From positions 2,592,001 to 2,656,000 of the forward strand of contig OZ252239.1 in assembly GCA_965249485.1 (NCBI GenBank): a stretch of 64,000 nucleotides of DNA, given 5' to 3'. The position numbers and the translations under genes are program-made. Below are positions 60,461-64,000 of this stretch, piece after piece; position 1 is the first letter of the stretch; each line of letters opens with the position of its first letter. The notes under the pieces were generated by a model. The model searched no databases. It worked only from the letters and a program-made list of their open reading frames with translations, and was not told the DNA's origin. The DNA comes from a bacterium (GTDB lineage Bacteria > SM23-31).

Positions 60461-61112
60461 TATTCCTCTTGATAAATACTCGTTTACCCTTTACTATAGC
60501 TCTATCTTCACAAAACAAATTAATTGCTTCCTTATAAATATTATGCTCCTCCTTTAATATCCGTTCTTGAAGGATTTCAGGAGTATCCTCATCTAAAACA
60601 GGAACTACATGCTGTAACACTATAGGCCCCGCATCATACTCATTGTTAACTAAGTGGACTGTGACACCAGAAAATTTTACACCTGATTCAATAACAGCTT
60701 CATGCACCCTGATACCATACATCCCTTTTCCGCCAAACGAGGGCAATAAGGCAGGATGAATATTTATGATCCTGTTATTGAATTTGTTGACAATCGATGT
60801 GCTGATTTTTTTCATATATCCGGCAAGCACAACAAAATTTGTCTTCCAGTATTCAAGTGTATCGAGAATTTTTTGTTCTCGTTCAGTTTCATCAGGGTAG
60901 CTGTTATTGTTTATAATCTCAACAGATATTCCTCTTGATCGCGCAAACTTTAAAGCTCCGGCATCAGGATTATTTGAAATCAAACCAGCTACTTCTGCAT
61001 GAAGCTCTTTATTTTCAATAGCTTCGGCAATTGCTCTAAAATTGCTCCCGGCTCCTGATGCAAAAACTGCCAATTGAAGCTTAGTTGATTTGGAATCAAA
61101 ACCCAATGTCAA
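60453..61112 (-). CDS. purN: Phosphoribosylglycinamide formyltransferase
   Basis: ASGAGSN, LAGYM, NIHPALLP and YDAGPI. Confidence 0.96.
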   Translation of the reverse strand: MTLGFDSKSTKLQLAVFASGAGSNFRAIAEAIENKELHAEVAGLISNNPDAGALKFARSRGISVEIINNNSYPDETEREQKILDTLEYWKTNFVVLAGYMKKISTSIVNKFNNRIINIHPALLPSFGGKGMYGIRVHEAVIESGVKFSGVTVHLVNNEYDAGPIVLQHVVPVLDEDTPEILQERILKEEHNIYKEAINLFCEDRAIVKGKRVFIKRNNA

Positions 61113-62059
61113 ATTACCGAATTTTCTAGCAAATCAAAAGTTTTCTTGTTAGTATCTATCTTAGCATGGACTCCATTCGGTAGTGTTAGCTTTCCGGGTA
61201 TATGTCCATAATCTAATTTTGCAAGTGCAGGGACATTAAATTCCTGCAATAATGGCTTCACAATATTCTCAATAATACAACCGTTCATATCCTTGTTTTG
61301 GATGTCACTATTATTGAAATGGCCTAAAACAAGACCATTAATTTTTTGAAAGACTCCCCGATGCCGTAATGCTGTAAATGCACGGTCAATTTTATACAAA
61401 TCCTCATCTATATCTTCCAATACAAGAATAGCACCATTAAGATCAGGGCAGTAAGGCGTATCAAGGCAGTTAAGAAATACCGAAAGGCAGCCGCAAATGA
61501 CAGGGCCTTCGACACAGCCTTCATTAACAACTGACAATTCATGAGAGTTGTAGTCATGGAGATGATTCGCCCTTTGATTGTTGTATAATAAATCCCAAAA
61601 ATGGGATTCTGAATTCACCGGAATTTCGTCCATCCCAAAATCGATTGCCACCATCGGTCCGGAAAATGTAATAATACCGGCTTTGCTATATAATGCCATT
61701 TGCAATGCCGTTGCATCTGAATATCCTACTAAGATTTTAGGATTATTCCTTATGCAATTATAATCAATATGATGAAGGAGCCTTGAACTTCCATATCCGC
61801 CACGTGCAATGAATATCCCATTTATGGAAGAATCGGAAAACATTGCCATGAAATCGCTAAGCCGCTCTTCATCACTACCCGCCAAATAATCTTTACATTT
61901 ATAAACATTATTACCAAGAACTATCTCAAACCCTTTGCTCTCAAGATAGTGTACCCCTATATCCAGCATCTGCTTCTGAACTGGTCCGCTCGGCGCGACA
62001 ATTCCAATTGTATCACCTTTCTGTAAACGCGGCGGTTTAATAATGGTCATGAAATTCAA
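61109..62059 (-). CDS. LD-carboxypeptidase (S66 family)
   Basis: RGGYG, GYSDAT, LED and GH. Confidence 0.92.
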   Translation of the reverse strand: MNFMTIIKPPRLQKGDTIGIVAPSGPVQKQMLDIGVHYLESKGFEIVLGNNVYKCKDYLAGSDEERLSDFMAMFSDSSINGIFIARGGYGSSRLLHHIDYNCIRNNPKILVGYSDATALQMALYSKAGIITFSGPMVAIDFGMDEIPVNSESHFWDLLYNNQRANHLHDYNSHELSVVNEGCVEGPVICGCLSVFLNCLDTPYCPDLNGAILVLEDIDEDLYKIDRAFTALRHRGVFQKINGLVLGHFNNSDIQNKDMNGCIIENIVKPLLQEFNVPALAKLDYGHIPGKLTLPNGVHAKIDTNKKTFDLLENSVI

Positions 62060-62266
62060 TCAAGGATTATCAATGAGCTTAAACTGAAAATATATAAAAA
62101 AAAACTTCTTAATCAAAGAAAATTATATTGACATATTGTTGAATCCAGAAGGCAAAATATTAACGTGCGAATGAATTCAATGAATACTAATATGTATCAA
62201 TAAAAAAGCAAGGAACTTCTAGCCCAGTCCCTTGCTTATTCTAATAAAATTATACTAGAAAACAAT

Positions 62267-63469
62267 TTACTTATTTTTGATTTCTGATAATTCTTGATAT
62301 CTTTCCATTGCATTTTTCAGCTTGTCTTCAATCCCTTCAATTTCCAGACGGCCCAGCTGAGCATACAGAATCATGAGTGATTCCCAAGCGACAACATCTG
62401 TTCCATCAAGTTCAGATACGCGTTCCATGTAAGGTAAAATTGAGTTTATCTCTTGTTCGGAAAGTTGGGTACCTGAATTTATTTTATCAATTATACTATT
62501 CCAAAGAGTGTACGCAACCCGTTTTGCAATTGCGGGATCATTCTGATTTCTATTGCTTAATTCCAGAAAAATTGCCTGAGCTTTTGATTCATCACCTGAA
62601 TCAAATAAAGACTTTCCAAGATATGACAAAATATCGACATTTTCAGGATCGGTTTCACGCATCTGACTAAAAAAATCTACTGCTTCATTATATTGCTCAA
62701 GCTGTGTAAAGCAATAATCGATTTGCTCAAGCATCATTGAAAGTTCATCTGGTCTTACCTCTATGATTTTCATAAATAACGCCAGAGCTTCTGAAAGCAG
62801 ATCATTTCTGTGAGCATTATCCTTTTCAGTTTGCCTGAGTTTAATGTTTGCCAGGTTGTAAAGCGCAAGATAGCTTTCAGGATTAGCTTCAATTGTCATT
62901 TCAAGGTATTTCTCAGCTTCTTCATCATTTTCCAATTGAAGATATGAAGCTGAGATCATCTCTAATGATGATGAGCTGTTTGTCATTGGGTACGATGCTA
63001 TAAAAAGCTCTATCGCTTTTCTATAGGATGCGTCGCTCTGATTTTTGTCAATTACAAGAAGAGAATCTCCTTTACCATAATAATCAAGACCATCATTGTA
63101 CAAGGAAACAAATGCAAATTCATAACCATTGTCAATATACAATTTCTGCATCTGGGCGCTGCTACTCGTTGACTCCCCTATGATCTGTGTTGAAGCATCA
63201 AAATACTCCTTCATCTTTACAAAATCGCCTTCCTCCAAATAAATGCGACCAAGATGATAAAGGGCGTCGACATTTTGAGGATTCTCGTTCAGGGCTAGCA
63301 AAAACTGTTCTTTGGCAAGCACATATTCTTGTTTCTCAAAATGAGTAACACCAGATTTCGTAAATGATGCTGCACATTGCATCATACAAAAACTCATGCA
63401 GGCTAAAACCATGAATTTTAAAAAGTTGAGCTTCACATTATCCTCCTCATAATCATTAATAGTATTCAA
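62267..63469 (-). CDS. TPR-repeat lipoprotein
   Basis: Signal peptide with Cys; multiple TPR motifs. Confidence 0.8.
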   Translation of the reverse strand: MNTINDYEEDNVKLNFLKFMVLACMSFCMMQCAASFTKSGVTHFEKQEYVLAKEQFLLALNENPQNVDALYHLGRIYLEEGDFVKMKEYFDASTQIIGESTSSSAQMQKLYIDNGYEFAFVSLYNDGLDYYGKGDSLLVIDKNQSDASYRKAIELFIASYPMTNSSSSLEMISASYLQLENDEEAEKYLEMTIEANPESYLALYNLANIKLRQTEKDNAHRNDLLSEALALFMKIIEVRPDELSMMLEQIDYCFTQLEQYNEAVDFFSQMRETDPENVDILSYLGKSLFDSGDESKAQAIFLELSNRNQNDPAIAKRVAYTLWNSIIDKINSGTQLSEQEINSILPYMERVSELDGTDVVAWESLMILYAQLGRLEIEGIEDKLKNAMERYQELSEIKNK

Positions 63470-63581
63470 AACCTCAATTGTTGTATTACTTTTGGCTGTG
63501 CGAATTAATAAACCACAATAAAATACAAAATTATGTCTTTTAAATCAATATTATTGTAATATTGTATGTACTTAATAAGTA

Positions 63582-64000
63582 TTAAGGTATAGTTTTATTC
63601 AGATTTTCCCAGTTTCCGTATGGTTGTTTATATATCCCCTCGTCTGTTATAATCGCAGAGATAAGGTTAGCGGGCGTAACATCAAAAGCAGGATTGTATA
63701 CATCGACGTTTTCAGGCGCATTCAAAGTGTCATGAAAACACGTTACTTCCTGGCTGTCTCTATGCTCGATTTCTATGTCCTCACCTGAATGAAGCGTAAA
63801 ATCAAATGTTGTATAAGGAGCAGCAACATAAAAGGGAATATTGTGCGTATGGCAAGCAAGAGCTAATGAATAGGTTCCGATTTTATTTGCAGTGTCGCCA
63901 TTTGATGCAATTCTGTCAGCTCCTACTATTGCACAGCTGATTCCTCCCTTTTGTAACAATCCTGCTGCTGCGCCATCACATAGTAACGTAACCGGAATAC
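63582..64000 (-). CDS. mtnA: S-methyl-5-thioribose-1-phosphate isomerase (5' end outside the window)
   Basis: [19 protein letters not shown] and NPAFDVTP. Confidence 0.93.
   Translation of the reverse strand, partial: IPVTLLCDGAAAGLLQKGGISCAIVGADRIASNGDTANKIGTYSLALACHTHNIPFYVAAPYTTFDFTLHSGEDIEIEHRDSQEVTCFHDTLNAPENVDVYNPAFDVTPANLISAIITDEGIYKQPYGNWENLNKTIP

Noticed and set aside
1208..62670. Many short ORF-track entries antisense to or nested in long genes (e.g. 1208-1534, 7120-7440, 16192-16728, 17257-17967, 41376-42071, 57862-58239)
   Set aside because: Shadow frames of well-supported genes, with no motifs of their own
1..64000. CRISPR arrays, rRNA, reverse transcriptase or known defence systems
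   Set aside because: No regular repeat-spacer array and no diagnostic motifs were seen

Overview
AT-rich bacterial chromosome segment (roughly 35-40% GC by eye). Gene content suggests a diderm FCB-type lineage such as KSB1, Calditrichota or Marinisomatota; this is an inference only. Both ends are housekeeping blocks on the minus strand. Left: thrS-infC(ATA start)-rpmI-rplT-pheS-pheT-zapB-zapA-6S RNA-rny-folD-tRNA-Arg-miaA. Right: mtnA, TPR protein, LD-carboxypeptidase, purN-purH, mreBCD-mrdA-rodA-lgt-cpoB, a sigma28-driven flagellin and outer-membrane proteins. The middle (about 11.4-46 kb) is accessory. It holds: (1) a 2.8-kb element integrated in tRNA-Val(GAC), whose tyrosine integrase lacks its Arg/Lys catalytic segment and is preceded by a highly structured RNA leader; (2) an IS5/IS903 relic beside a GC-rich TonB-dependent receptor; (3) a gene-decay zone with YceI, TonB receptor, lpdA and receiver-domain relics; (4) a divergent pair of helical-repeat proteins (34-aa period) with MinD-like amphipathic tails; (5) three secreted M24-fold paralogs with degenerate metal sites; (6) a lysW-lysY-Ntn-hydrolase mini-operon under an ARG-box-like palindrome, where the hydrolase may replace LysK; (7) a solo flgG-like gene and several secreted hydrolases. 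No CRISPR array or rRNA was seen. All calls are by eye; no database searches were run.
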